DNA from: an uncultured Eubacteriales bacterium
GTDB lineage: Bacteria > Acidobacteriota > Aminicenantia > Aminicenantales > Aminicenantaceae
NCBI GenBank assembly: GCA_964538085.1
Contig: CAZIDF010000002.1
Coordinates: 24,844-88,843 of the forward strand
Length of the DNA stretch: 64,000 bases
Direction: 5' to 3'
The notes beneath the pieces are model-generated. The model ran no database searches and had not been told where the DNA came from. It saw only the letters and a program-made list of their open reading frames with translations. This document shows positions 41,131 to 51,706 of the stretch, piece after piece (positions within the stretch are counted from its first letter, which is position 1; the number at the start of each line of letters is the position of its first letter). Made by a program: the position numbers and the translations under genes.

Positions 41131-41875
41131 GAAACAGCCTTTGATCGAGATACAAAACGTGTCTTATGACTACGGCTATGGCGATGTGCTCAAAGATGTG
41201 AGTTTTCCGATACATTCCAAGGATTTTCTCGCCATCATAGGTCCCAACGGATCAGGAAAAACGACCCTGTTGAAGATTGTCCTGGGCCTCCTCAAACCTA
41301 GAGTCGGGGAGGTAAAAATCATGGGAAAGTCGGTGGGGGAATTTGCGAGCTGGGAAAAAATCGGCTATGTCCCTCAAAAAGCCACCCATATCGATTCCCT
41401 TTTCCCCGTTTCTGTCAAAGAAGTGGTAGCCATGGAACTTCTTTCTTCACGCAAATTTCCTCGGCATTCAAAAGAGGGAGAAGCGTTAATATTCAAAGCC
41501 TTGCAGCAGGTAGGAATGGAAGATTTTAAAGCTAGAAGGATCGGGAAACTCTCGGCCGGCCAGCAGCAACGTGTGTTCATTGCCCGAGCATTGGCGAATC
41601 GACCGAAAATATTGATCCTGGATGAGCCGACCACAGGAGTGGATGTAAAAAACCAGGAATATTTTTATGATATGCTTCACAGACTTAATAGGGAAGAAGG
41701 AATTACGATCGTTTTGATCACCCATGAAGTGGGGATCATAAACCGGCATGTCGCGCAGGTGGCCTGCCTTAATCAGACTCTGGTCTATCATGGGAGCCAT
41801 GATGAATTTTGCCGGTCGGACGAGTTCAAAAAAATGCTGGCTGATGGTCATCATCTGGTATCCCATCATCACTGA
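41111..41875 (+). CDS. znuC: Zn/Mn ABC transporter ATPase
   Basis: GPNGSGKT, IGYVPQ, LSAGQQQR, LDEPT. Confidence 0.88.
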   Translation: MDSAAVEKQPLIEIQNVSYDYGYGDVLKDVSFPIHSKDFLAIIGPNGSGKTTLLKIVLGLLKPRVGEVKIMGKSVGEFASWEKIGYVPQKATHIDSLFPVSVKEVVAMELLSSRKFPRHSKEGEALIFKALQQVGMEDFKARRIGKLSAGQQQRVFIARALANRPKILILDEPTTGVDVKNQEYFYDMLHRLNREEGITIVLITHEVGIINRHVAQVACLNQTLVYHGSHDEFCRSDEFKKMLADGHHLVSHHH

Positions 41876-41887
41876 GATTGAGATTCA

Positions 41888-42691
41888 ATGGATGCTATAT
41901 TCCTTTACGGATTCCTCCAAAGGGCTTTTTTGGCAGGGATATTCATTGCCATCGCTTGCGCATTACTGGGCGTTTTCCTGATCTTGAGACGAGACGCGAT
42001 GATCGGTCATGGATTGGCACATGTCACATTTGCCGGCGTTGCCTTGGGTCTATTCTTAAACGTCATGCCGTTAGCCGTGGCGCTGGTTGTCGCTGTGGGT
42101 GCTTCTTTGCTGATCATGAAACTTAAAGTGAAAGCCGGATTGCATGGAGACACAGCCATCGCGATTTTTTCTAGCGTGGGATTTGCCCTAGGCATAATGA
42201 TGGCCACCCTTTCCCACAGCTTCAACGTGGATTTGTTCTCCTATCTTTTCGGTGAGATACTGGCCATCGAAACATCTGAAGTTTTGTTTTCCATCGTTCT
42301 GGCCATTGTCGTTGTTTTGTTGGGCGTATTGAATTATCACAAATTCATGTACATGACTTTCGACAGGGAATCGGCAAAAGTATCCGGTATCAAGGTCGAC
42401 CGTCTTGACAGCCTCCTGACAGTGCTTACAGCTGTCACAGTAGTGCTTGGGATGAAAGTAGTCGGTATCCTTTTGGTCTCTGCTCTTGTGGTCATCCCTG
42501 CCGCAGCAGGTCTCCAGGTCGCATCGAGTTTCAAGCAGGCGATTGTTATCTCCACCTTCGTTTCCGTCACCTCTGTAATTTTGGGGCTTATTCTCGCTTT
42601 CCTATTGGATTTGCCCGCCTCCGGCAGTATTGTTCTTCTTTCCTTTGCTGCGTTCGGTCTGCTTTTCGCGATTAGACGAATTCACGGGTAA
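41888..42691 (+). CDS. znuB: Zn/Mn ABC transporter permease
   Basis: GLAHVTFAG, SYLFG, VGILLVSALVVIP. Confidence 0.88.
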   Translation: MDAIFLYGFLQRAFLAGIFIAIACALLGVFLILRRDAMIGHGLAHVTFAGVALGLFLNVMPLAVALVVAVGASLLIMKLKVKAGLHGDTAIAIFSSVGFALGIMMATLSHSFNVDLFSYLFGEILAIETSEVLFSIVLAIVVVLLGVLNYHKFMYMTFDRESAKVSGIKVDRLDSLLTVLTAVTVVLGMKVVGILLVSALVVIPAAAGLQVASSFKQAIVISTFVSVTSVILGLILAFLLDLPASGSIVLLSFAAFGLLFAIRRIHG

Positions 42692-42705
42692 AAGAAAAGG
42701 GAATC

Positions 42706-43248
42706 TCATCCGGTCATTCTTTCGAATGTTCCCTGAAATATGGTGTAGGCTCTTTCTCCATACAAGCACAACACAATTTCTTGAGGAGTTTCATTTTCTC
42801 TAAGAAAATCCATGGCAACTTTGATCATGATTTCGGCACATCTTTTTATGGGAAAATGAAAAATACCGGTGCTTATCGCGGGAAAGGCGATGCTTTTGAT
42901 ATTCCTTTTTTTTGCGATCTTGAGGCTGTTCCGTGTGGCATTGGCCAGCTTGATATCTTCATCGCCTTCACCATAAACAGGTCCCACTGCATGAATCACA
43001 TATTCGGCATTCAGGTTTCCCGCTCCAGTAAGGATGGCTTCTCCAACCTCGATCGGGCCGATCTCATTACATTCTTCCTGGATGGAAGGTCCGCCGAAGT
43101 TCCGGATGGCTCCTGCTACTCCTCCCCCTAAGATCAGTGATTTGTTGGCCGCATTGACGATAGCATCGACGTTGAGGACAACGATGTTCCCCTCGACGAT
43201 TTTCAGTTTTCTTCCGTTAATTGTCCATTCAAGCATTTGACTACTCAA
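42706..43248 (-). CDS. Macro domain protein (ADP-ribose/O-acetyl-ADP-ribose hydrolase)
   Basis: IVNAAN, GGGVAGAI, VIHAVGP, AFPAISTGIF. Start codon uncertain. Confidence 0.9.
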   Translation of the reverse strand: MSSQMLEWTINGRKLKIVEGNIVVLNVDAIVNAANKSLILGGGVAGAIRNFGGPSIQEECNEIGPIEVGEAILTGAGNLNAEYVIHAVGPVYGEGDEDIKLANATRNSLKIAKKRNIKSIAFPAISTGIFHFPIKRCAEIMIKVAMDFLRENETPQEIVLCLYGERAYTIFQGTFERMTG

Positions 43249-43385
43249 ATGTGAATTGTTGAGGAAAATGCATTATAGATAATATAAGCATCAAATGTCC
43301 AGCCAATTTAAAACTTCTTTGCAAAAGTCCTCGAAGTTTTCTTTTTCAAGATAAAAGTGCCGGAATCCTTCCTAAGGGTGGACAT

Positions 43386-45074
43386 CTACACCGTATCGTC
43401 CGATCTATTCAATGCCTCTCCCACGATCATTCTGATTTCTTCCCCGAACTTTATCGCAAGGTTTTTCAATGATTCTGCTTTGGCCCTTATCTCGGATGTC
43501 AATTTTTCATCCTCGATGTCAGGTAGGTTGATGATAACGTTATAGTATGCTCCCTCTGCTGCTGCTTGTGCGGTCAGTCCTGCAACGCCTGCATCGCTTA
43601 CGGATTTTTTATTCCCATGTGTGGCGATATCCTTGGCCAACTCTAACGCATTGATGCTTTTTTCCAAAACATCCAGGGGCACAAGCGTTGCCTCTTTGGT
43701 CGCTTCTTGGATGGCTGTGTATCTTTCTTTTTTTTGCTCTTCTGTCTTTTTTTTCATCCGAAATGTGTCCATGACCTTGTTGAATGCCACAGTGTCGAGG
43801 TCCACTGCTCTAAGGAACTCATCCTTGAGATCTTGTGCAGCCATGGCCAAGTCTATGACTTTGCCCTGCACACTCTCATATTCTTTTTTTCCCACCGTAA
43901 GATTGGACACCATGGATGTGAGGGCAGCTGAAAGGGCGCCACACAACGCGGCTGCGCTTCCTCCTCCCGGAGCAGGGGAATCCATGGATAACTCGTTGGT
44001 GAATTGACGGAGATTCTTTTCGATCAAAGGATCTTCCACTTCTTTAAACTGATATTCGATGATCTTTTTGTGTGGATCGAAAGGTGATACATCCTCTAAA
44101 CCCAGGGATTTAACGGCGATATCTATCAGTTCCTCTTCTGGAACTCCTGGACTCTTGTTTTGTTTCTTCAGATAATGCCGACCCGCCATGAGCATGGCTT
44201 CCTTTGGAATCAGGCCCACAAGTTCGCTTCCTGTAACCCGAAGGCCGATGGCTTCGGCTTCTTTTATGGCTTCGTCGAAGACCAGATGAGGAGGAGAAAT
44301 TTTGTAATTGGTGAAATTAATGGAAATCTGGGCAATATCGTAATCCTTGATATACCAGCCCACTGCTTTGACAGCCTTGAATTTTCCTGGCATCTTTATG
44401 GCCTTTCCATTTTCATCACGAATGATTTTTCCTTCTTTATCTCTTTTGGCTTTTCCTTTTTCTCGAAGATTGAAGGCGATGTGCCCAGCGAGTGACTGGT
44501 CTCTTGTGTTTAAATTTATATTGTAGGCGATCAGGAATTCTCGGGCTCCCACATTGGTGGCCCCTGCCTTGGCACTAAATTCGGGTTTCCCATAATCAGG
44601 TGCCCAATCGGGATCCTTCAGTTTCTCAGATAAACCTTCATATTCGCCGACGCGAATATTCGCGAGATTTTGCCTTTCCGGTTTTTGGGCCGCTTCTTCA
44701 TATAGGTAGACAGGAATTCCCAACTCATCCGCTACTCTTTTTCCCACATCATGGGCGATCTGAACACACTCTTCCATTGTCACTCCAGATACGGGAACGA
44801 AAGGGCAGACATCCGTAGCGCCGATTCTGCTATGCGCGCCCTTGTGTTGGCTCATATCTATCACTTCTGCCGCTTTTTTTATCGCGCGGAAGGCGGCTTC
44901 TTTGACACCTTCCGGTGTCCCGATAAAGGTGACGACGGTCCGGTTTGTGGATTCGCCAGGATCGACATCGAGAAGAGTCACTTGAGCGCTTGATTCGATT
45001 TCTCTTGTGATGAGCTTGATCTTCTCAAGATCCCTTCCTTCGCTAAAGTTGGGCACACATTCCACGAGTTTCAT
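43386..45074 (-). CDS. ftcD: Bifunctional glutamate formiminotransferase/formiminotetrahydrofolate cyclodeaminase
   Basis: VECVPNFSEGR, H.RIGATDVCPF, SPAPGGGS, NVIINL. Confidence 0.93.
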   Translation of the reverse strand: MKLVECVPNFSEGRDLEKIKLITREIESSAQVTLLDVDPGESTNRTVVTFIGTPEGVKEAAFRAIKKAAEVIDMSQHKGAHSRIGATDVCPFVPVSGVTMEECVQIAHDVGKRVADELGIPVYLYEEAAQKPERQNLANIRVGEYEGLSEKLKDPDWAPDYGKPEFSAKAGATNVGAREFLIAYNINLNTRDQSLAGHIAFNLREKGKAKRDKEGKIIRDENGKAIKMPGKFKAVKAVGWYIKDYDIAQISINFTNYKISPPHLVFDEAIKEAEAIGLRVTGSELVGLIPKEAMLMAGRHYLKKQNKSPGVPEEELIDIAVKSLGLEDVSPFDPHKKIIEYQFKEVEDPLIEKNLRQFTNELSMDSPAPGGGSAAALCGALSAALTSMVSNLTVGKKEYESVQGKVIDLAMAAQDLKDEFLRAVDLDTVAFNKVMDTFRMKKKTEEQKKERYTAIQEATKEATLVPLDVLEKSINALELAKDIATHGNKKSVSDAGVAGLTAQAAAEGAYYNVIINLPDIEDEKLTSEIRAKAESLKNLAIKFGEEIRMIVGEALNRSDDTV

Positions 45075-45084
45075 CCTTTTCTCC

Positions 45085-46539
45085 TTATTTTATTTCATAC
45101 CGAAAGTTACCCTCAGGGCTGTAAACACTGACATGGGCAAACTCCATAAAATGTTCCATGATCTCGTAATTTCCGATGATCACGATGACAGGTGTGTGTA
45201 GAGAATATTTTTGTCCCATTCCCGATACCATTTCTGAATTTATGCGTATGATTTTTTCATAATACCTTTCCCAGTGATCTCGGCTGAGGTTAAAAGCTTG
45301 AATTTCTGCCAGTTTTGCCGAAAGATCGTCGTTAGTTTCGATCTCTAGAGGAAAATTTCCGATAAGGTATGATTTTGCCTGTTCAATTTCTTGACTCGGG
45401 ATTTGAACATTCCTTAAATAGTTTATTTCTTGAAGAATCTCTTGTATGGCAGCGTGTGTGAATTCCGGCAGAACTTTAGCCGTTATCAAAAAGATACCAC
45501 AGCTTCTGAAAAACTGAATTTCACTGAACGCATAATAGGCGTAGGCTTTAGCTTCCCTTAGGTGCATGAACAGCCTGCTGTTCGGGGTTCCTCCGATCAC
45601 TTGGTTAAACACAACAAACGGGAAATAATCCTGACTCGTGATGGGAAATATTATGTTGCCTAGGTAGATAGTTACGTCCTTTTCCTGAGGAAGGTCCACG
45701 AAACAAATTTTTATTTTTTCCCGAGGATTCAATAACTGGGCATAGGTCTGTTCCAATTCTTGTTTTTCCCACGGGCTTAAATACCGGCTGCCGATCCTGG
45801 AGGCGATCTCAAGATTGAGATTCCCGACCAGAACGAGCTTCGCATTGTTGGGACGGTAATATTGGGAATAAAAAGAGACGATGTCCTTTCTGCTCAAATT
45901 TTTGATTCCACCCTGATCGAATATAATCTTTTTATAGGGATGAGACTCGAACAAAATCTGATAAAGCAGCCTTCTAGCTATAAATTCCGGGTTGTTGCTT
46001 TGTCTGGCCAAGTCATAAAACATCGATCGTTGGACATTGCCGATCTCGATCCGGGGAAAGGTCGGCCGCAGAAGTATCTCGCTGAGCAGCTGCAACGCAT
46101 CTTCCAGGTATTCTTCGAGGAAGGAAAAGGTGAACTCTGTGTAATCTGGATAGGTCCTGACTGCAAAACTTCCTCCGATGGATTCGATTTTTTCTTCGAT
46201 GTCTTCTGCTTTTAGGTTGACAGAACCTTTGGTTAGCATTTTTGCACACAAGGTAGCAAGCCCTGGAAGGTTATCTGGAGAGGAGCTTTCTCCTGTCAAG
46301 ATAATCAATCTCATGCTGATTAGAGGCTCATCCTGTGTGCGGGCAATAGCGATTCCAAGCCCGTTGGTGAGTGTATGGGTTTCCATCAATGGGAGAGATA
46401 ATGCCGAAAAAGGTTCTGGAAGAGGAGGAGATCTTCGGAACCTATCCTGCGTGTTCAGAGGGGAAGCCTGAATTAAATTGAGCGATAGTGCAAGAAGAAA
46501 AAGAATTTGGAAAATCGTGATACGAAGTTTAGGTTTCAT
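45085..46539 (-). CDS. M16B peptidase non-catalytic subunit
   Basis: TLTNGL, PGLATL, YRPNNA, SRLFMHLRE. No HxxEH motif. Confidence 0.85.
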   Translation of the reverse strand: MKPKLRITIFQILFLLALSLNLIQASPLNTQDRFRRSPPLPEPFSALSLPLMETHTLTNGLGIAIARTQDEPLISMRLIILTGESSSPDNLPGLATLCAKMLTKGSVNLKAEDIEEKIESIGGSFAVRTYPDYTEFTFSFLEEYLEDALQLLSEILLRPTFPRIEIGNVQRSMFYDLARQSNNPEFIARRLLYQILFESHPYKKIIFDQGGIKNLSRKDIVSFYSQYYRPNNAKLVLVGNLNLEIASRIGSRYLSPWEKQELEQTYAQLLNPREKIKICFVDLPQEKDVTIYLGNIIFPITSQDYFPFVVFNQVIGGTPNSRLFMHLREAKAYAYYAFSEIQFFRSCGIFLITAKVLPEFTHAAIQEILQEINYLRNVQIPSQEIEQAKSYLIGNFPLEIETNDDLSAKLAEIQAFNLSRDHWERYYEKIIRINSEMVSGMGQKYSLHTPVIVIIGNYEIMEHFMEFAHVSVYSPEGNFRYEIK

Positions 46540-47867
46540 TATTTCACAATTTTGATAAAGATATAATCTTCTTTAAAATACTTGTTGGCCACCCGGCTCA
46601 CATCATAGTGAGTGACAGCTAGATATCGCCCTAATTCATCCAGCCATTGCTTGAAATCCCCTCTATCTAGAAGTTCTTCTGCAAGAAAAATGGCCCTATC
46701 TTGAACTGTTGTAAATTGCCTATAGTAATCCTTTTTGAACAGATTTTTCGTTTTATGCAGTTCCTCATCGGTAACGAAGGTCGTTTTGATTTTGTTTAAT
46801 TCCACAAACACAGCCCGCTGATTGCGCTCGTTCATTATATCATTATTGGCTCTCACGAATAATTTGAGCACGGATTGATCCTTTTTGGTTTCGATTCCTC
46901 CACTCATATAGATCGCCGTTTTATCTTTCTCGAACAACCGTTTATACAATCGGGATGTGAGGCCCTTCATCAAAACATATTCTGTGATCGCAAGCTTATA
47001 ATGGTCTTCAGATTTGCGAGGAGCCAATTGGTAACCTAAGAAAAATCCAGGAGAAGGTGCCATCGGATTTTTGATCGAAAGGTCCATCGCTTCGGTCTTC
47101 GGCAGATCACCCAAGTTATTGGATGGTGGAGGAGCTCTCATTGGGATGGTAGAGAAATATCTTTGGATTAAGGGAAGAACTTTCTGCTCTTGAATTTGCC
47201 CTACGATTGTCAGGACAGCGTTGTTCGGCGCATAATAAGTCATGAAAAATTTGCGGACGTCTTCGGTTGAAATTTCCCTAATATCCTGAATCGTCCCGAG
47301 GACAGGATGGCCATAAGCAAAACCTGGAAATATCAGGCGATCGAAGTACCACGAGTTTTCGAGATAGGGATCGGATTCCCTGCGATGCTGAATATCTTCA
47401 ATCAACTGGTTTTTCATTTTTTCCACGTTGGAAGGGCTTATATTGAGGGAATTCATCCTGTCAGACTCGAGCCAGAGCACCAAGGCCAATTGATTGGAGG
47501 GAACCGTCTGGTAGAAAATGGTTTTATCATCGGTGGTGATGGCATTCAGGATGCCCCCTATCTTCTGAATGAAACTGTAATGTTGCATCTGGCCGATATT
47601 CCTGGAACCTTGAAACATCAAGTTTTCGAGCAGATGAGCCATTCCGGTCTTACCCGGTTCTTCATCGATAGACCCAACTTTATAAGCCACGACGACTGAA
47701 ACGATCGGCAACGAATGGTCTTCGGACAAGACAATCCTCAGACCGTTTTTCAATGAATATTCTTTTATAGGGAAGGGGAGTTCATCGGATTTTTGCCCAG
47801 CCCAGCTTGTGGGGGCATAGAATAAAATGAGGGAAAGGACAATGTGACCGATTTTTTTTCTGTACAT
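46539..47867 (-). CDS. M16B peptidase subunit with altered Zn motif (HLLEN)
   Basis: LKNGL, YKVGS, GMAHLLENLMFQGS, WLESDRM, YYAPNNA. Confidence 0.85.
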   Translation of the reverse strand: MYRKKIGHIVLSLILFYAPTSWAGQKSDELPFPIKEYSLKNGLRIVLSEDHSLPIVSVVVAYKVGSIDEEPGKTGMAHLLENLMFQGSRNIGQMQHYSFIQKIGGILNAITTDDKTIFYQTVPSNQLALVLWLESDRMNSLNISPSNVEKMKNQLIEDIQHRRESDPYLENSWYFDRLIFPGFAYGHPVLGTIQDIREISTEDVRKFFMTYYAPNNAVLTIVGQIQEQKVLPLIQRYFSTIPMRAPPPSNNLGDLPKTEAMDLSIKNPMAPSPGFFLGYQLAPRKSEDHYKLAITEYVLMKGLTSRLYKRLFEKDKTAIYMSGGIETKKDQSVLKLFVRANNDIMNERNQRAVFVELNKIKTTFVTDEELHKTKNLFKKDYYRQFTTVQDRAIFLAEELLDRGDFKQWLDELGRYLAVTHYDVSRVANKYFKEDYIFIKIVK

Positions 47868-48074
47868 CTTTTTGATCCAGGTAGAACCTGTAATCCTAAA
47901 AATAACACAAATAAGAATTCAAATTCAAATAAACATCCGTCCTCTTATTCCTGCTTTTGGAGCCTTTTGCCTCGGCGGTAAGAGCAAAGGGCAGGGCAAA
48001 AAGGAATTGAAAAGAGGCTTATTTTATGTTAATTATGCTTTTTAAATTAAAGCCTTATGCATAGGAGATATGTT

Positions 48075-49241
48075 TTGAGTAAACAAGGTAGGCATTTTTT
48101 TACATCTGAATCCGTTACAGAAGGACATCCGGATAAGATTTGTGATCAAATCTCAGACTCGATCCTGGACGATTTAATTGGACAGGACCCCAGAAGCAGG
48201 GTCGCCTGTGAAACGCTCGTGACAACGGGCCTGGTTTTTATTGCGGGTGAAATATCCAGCGATGGATATTGTGAGTTCCAAAAGCTCGTGAGAGAAACCG
48301 TCCGAACATTGGGTTACACGGATGCCCACTATGGTTTCGACTATGAGACATGTGCGGTTATCTCATCCATCCACGAGCAGTCTTCAGATATTGCCCGGGG
48401 CGTGATCGAGACCCCAGACCATGAGCAAGGAGCTGGAGATCAGGGCCTCATGTTCGGCTATGCCTGCCGAGAAACCGAAGAGCTCATGCCCATGCCCATT
48501 ATGATGGCCCATAAATTAGTCAGACGACTTGCGCAAGTTCGAAAAGATAATATTTTGACCTATTTGAGACCTGACGGGAAATCACAGGTTACGATCGAGT
48601 ATGAAGGGAATATCCCCAAAAGAATAGATGCTGTTGTCATCGCAGCTCAACACAATCCAAAAATCAAACTGAGCGATTTGCGGGAGGGTATCAAAAATCA
48701 TGTTGTCAAGGAGATCATTCCTCCTGATTTATTGGATGACAGAACCAAAATATTCATCAATGAGACTGGTTCGTTCGAACAGGGGGGGCCGCTGGCTGAT
48801 ACAGGACTCACCGGCAGAAAGATCATTGTGGATACCTATGGTGGAGTTGGGAGCCATGGGGGCGGTTGTTTTTCTGGCAAAGATCCGTCCAAGGTCGATC
48901 GGTCAGGATCCTACATGGCTCGATATATCGCAAAAAATATGGTTGCAGCAGGAATCGCCGACAAATTGGAAGTGCAAATTGCATACGCTATCGGCGTCGC
49001 TCAACCTGTATCCATAATGGTCGAGACTTTCGGAACGGCCAACATTGAAGAGGATAAGATCAAAGCCCTTATCCGGGAACATTTTGAATTGACTCCAAAG
49101 GGAATGATCAGGGCCCTCGATCTGCTTAGACCGATATACAGGTTGACTTCTTGTTATGGGCATTTCGGTCGGTCCGAAGAAGAATTCACATGGGAAAGAA
49201 CAGATAAAGCAAGCCTGCTGAGAAGCGAAGCCGGCCTTTGA
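48075..49241 (+). CDS. metK: S-adenosylmethionine synthetase
   Basis: [36 protein letters not shown] start after AGGAG (ATG 48057 is an alternative). Confidence 0.97.
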   Translation: MSKQGRHFFTSESVTEGHPDKICDQISDSILDDLIGQDPRSRVACETLVTTGLVFIAGEISSDGYCEFQKLVRETVRTLGYTDAHYGFDYETCAVISSIHEQSSDIARGVIETPDHEQGAGDQGLMFGYACRETEELMPMPIMMAHKLVRRLAQVRKDNILTYLRPDGKSQVTIEYEGNIPKRIDAVVIAAQHNPKIKLSDLREGIKNHVVKEIIPPDLLDDRTKIFINETGSFEQGGPLADTGLTGRKIIVDTYGGVGSHGGGCFSGKDPSKVDRSGSYMARYIAKNMVAAGIADKLEVQIAYAIGVAQPVSIMVETFGTANIEEDKIKALIREHFELTPKGMIRALDLLRPIYRLTSCYGHFGRSEEEFTWERTDKASLLRSEAGL

Positions 49242-49278
49242 TACATGGGGACCGATCGATGGAGAACATAGAAAGGAG

Positions 49279-50541
49279 ATGAAGATGGATTATGATGTCA
49301 AAGATATAAGTCTTGCAAAAAAAGGAAAGCTTCGAATTGAGTGGGCTGGGAGATTCATGCCGGTTCTCGGTCACATAAAAAAGAGGTTCAAAAAAGAAAA
49401 ACCACTCAAAGGAGTTCGGATTTCGGCCTGTCTTCATGTTACGAGTGAAACGGGTAACCTGATGGAAGTTCTCAAGGTGGGCGGGGCAGATGTGAGGTTG
49501 ACAGCATCCAATCCTTTGAGTACACAGGATGATGTGGCGGCTTCACTTGTGCAGAATTACGGGATCCCTGTTTTTGCGATAAAGGGAGAAGACAACAAAA
49601 CGTATTACAAACATATCAACCAGAGTTTGGACCATTCTCCCCACATCACGATGGATGATGGAGCAGATCTTGTCTGCGCCATTCATTCCAAGCAAAAAAA
49701 GCTTCTCCCGGAAATCCTGGGGGGCACAGAGGAGACCACTACAGGTGTGATCCGGTTAAAAAGCATGGCTAGAGCAAAAGTGCTTCATTATCCTATCATC
49801 GCTGTCAATGATGCCAAGACCAAGCATCTATTCGATAATCGATACGGAACAGGCCAGAGCACGATCGATGGGATATTGAGAGCGACGAACATTTTGATCG
49901 CAGGATTGAATTTTGTCGTCGCCGGGTATGGATGGTGCGGTCGAGGTGTGGCTATGAGAGCGGACGGTTCAGGGGCAAAGGTGATCGTGTGCGAAGTCGA
50001 TCCCATTCGTGCTCTGGAGGCTGTCATGGATGGTTTTCAAGTGATGTCCTTGAAGGATGCTGCAAAAATCGGAGATGTTTTTGTCACTGTTACGGGGGAT
50101 AAAAACGTGATCACTGGCGAGCATTTTTTGGAGATGAAAGATGGCGCCATCGTGGCTAATTCAGGCCATTTCAACGTGGAGATCGACATTCCTGCGCTCA
50201 AAAGTTTGTCCATAAAAAAGAGAGAAATCAGGGATTTTGTCATGGAATATACCCTGAAGAAAGGGAGAAAAATATTCCTTCTTGGAGAGGGAAGGCTTAT
50301 CAACCTCACTGCTGCAGAGGGCCATCCTGCGGTGGTGATGGATATGAGTTTTGCCAATCAAGCCCTGAGCGCCCGATATCTTTGCGAGAAGGGCGACAAA
50401 TTGGCAAAGACTGTCTACCCCGTTCCGACCGCCATCGATGAAGAAATCGCACGGATGAAGCTGAAATCTATGGGGATCAGGATAGATAGGTTGACATCTG
50501 AACAGAAGGCTTACCTATCAGCCTGGCAAGAAGGCACCTAG
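49279..50541 (+). CDS. ahcY: Adenosylhomocysteinase
   Basis: [33 protein letters not shown]. Confidence 0.97.
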   Translation: MKMDYDVKDISLAKKGKLRIEWAGRFMPVLGHIKKRFKKEKPLKGVRISACLHVTSETGNLMEVLKVGGADVRLTASNPLSTQDDVAASLVQNYGIPVFAIKGEDNKTYYKHINQSLDHSPHITMDDGADLVCAIHSKQKKLLPEILGGTEETTTGVIRLKSMARAKVLHYPIIAVNDAKTKHLFDNRYGTGQSTIDGILRATNILIAGLNFVVAGYGWCGRGVAMRADGSGAKVIVCEVDPIRALEAVMDGFQVMSLKDAAKIGDVFVTVTGDKNVITGEHFLEMKDGAIVANSGHFNVEIDIPALKSLSIKKREIRDFVMEYTLKKGRKIFLLGEGRLINLTAAEGHPAVVMDMSFANQALSARYLCEKGDKLAKTVYPVPTAIDEEIARMKLKSMGIRIDRLTSEQKAYLSAWQEGT

Positions 50542-50542
50542 T

Positions 50543-50664
50543 CTAGATTGTTTACAACCCGATCTCACTGCATCGGCATCGTTGTAGCCCAATCGTAGTA
50601 TTCTAATACAACTCATGGGCCACTTCCTTGCCGCTACAGCAATCTCGAGTTGTAAACAATTTAG
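50543..50664. repeat. Palindromic REP/MITE-like element, copy 1
   Basis: 20-bp terminal inverted repeats (CTAGATTGTTTACAACCCGA / TCGAGTTGTAAACAATTTAG, 18/20) with central hairpin GTATT-CT-AATAC. Confidence 0.8.
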
Positions 50665-50709
50665 CTACCCATGCTTATGAAACAGCATTTTCTATCTTAA
50701 GGGCATTTC

Positions 50710-50814
50710 AATCTCTCTACATCGGCCACGTCGTAGCTCACTTGCTGTATTCAAATACAGCTTCATAAGCCACTTCTTTGCTGCTGCAGCAATCTCAACC
50801 TGTAAACAATTCAG
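50710..50814. repeat. Palindromic REP/MITE-like element, copy 2 (left end degenerate)
   Basis: Direct, diverged copy of 50561-50664 with central hairpin GCTGTATT-CA-AATACAGC. Confidence 0.75.
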
Positions 50815-50947
50815 CCCCCCTGATTATAATTAACCATTAAATTCCCCCTCCTCTGAGTAGCCAATCTTGCTGCATAAATAATACCTTGTTAGCTAGGGTG
50901 GGGTGGGTTGGCTTAACACGGTAATAATCCAGGCACCTTCGATCGTG

Positions 50948-51706
50948 TTATTTGAGAACTTTTAAGTATTCGTCGATTTTGCTTTTTATTTCTTCGTCTA
51001 CCACTTGAGGATAAATCTTTTCGAACAGGGACTTGGCTTCCGCTCGTCTGTCGGATTTGAAGTAAGCGACCGCCAGGTTGTAGCTGAGGTTCACATCGCC
51101 TGGGGCGATATTCAACGCCTTTTCATAGCTGTAAATGGCCTCCTTTATTTTCCCCAGTCTTTCGAGCAAAACTCCTTGAAGATTGAGCGCCATGACCATG
51201 CGGTTATTCAGTTCTAAGCATGTGTTGACCAAGTCGAGAGCTTCTTTGTCTTTGCCTTCCGTCAGGTACAATCTGGCCAGGTTATAATAGGGGAGTTCTC
51301 TTGATGAATAGTTTACATCTCCCATAGCCTGCCTGAACTCAATCTCCGCTTTGTCAGGATAGCCCAATTCCTGGTAAACAGAACCGAGATAATTGCGGGC
51401 TTCTGTAAATCCGGGATTTATTTTGAGACACTTCTCGAAGTGGCCAACAGCTTTTGAGAATTCACCTTTCATGAAATGGGTAAGACCGAGAGCATTCAGA
51501 GCTAGGTCGAAATTCGGATTGAGAGAAAGCGATTTATTGAAATACCTTAAGGCATCATCCAATCTGTCATTCTGGAGATAGACCAAACCCACATTGTACT
51601 GGTATTGAGGATCTTCCTCCCTCTTTTTTTCAAGCCTTTTTTGACTCGAAGCACAGACAATCAGGTTCATAGATACGAGCAAAATTAGAGGTATTTTATG
51701 TTTCAT
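50948..51706 (-). CDS. TPR-repeat lipoprotein (PilF/PilW-like)
   Basis: LIV-C lipobox-like signal and about 6 TPRs. Confidence 0.8.
   Translation of the reverse strand: MKHKIPLILLVSMNLIVCASSQKRLEKKREEDPQYQYNVGLVYLQNDRLDDALRYFNKSLSLNPNFDLALNALGLTHFMKGEFSKAVGHFEKCLKINPGFTEARNYLGSVYQELGYPDKAEIEFRQAMGDVNYSSRELPYYNLARLYLTEGKDKEALDLVNTCLELNNRMVMALNLQGVLLERLGKIKEAIYSYEKALNIAPGDVNLSYNLAVAYFKSDRRAEAKSLFEKIYPQVVDEEIKSKIDEYLKVLK

Noticed and set aside
47940-48060. SAM riboswitch upstream of metK
   Set aside because: No SAM-I core (CTTATC..GAG..GCAACC..GTGC) and the hairpin appears to lie upstream of the likely promoter. Kept only as an unexplained hairpin.
50543-50814. CRISPR array
   Set aside because: Only two long degenerate units, no constant repeat with unique spacers, and no cas genes.
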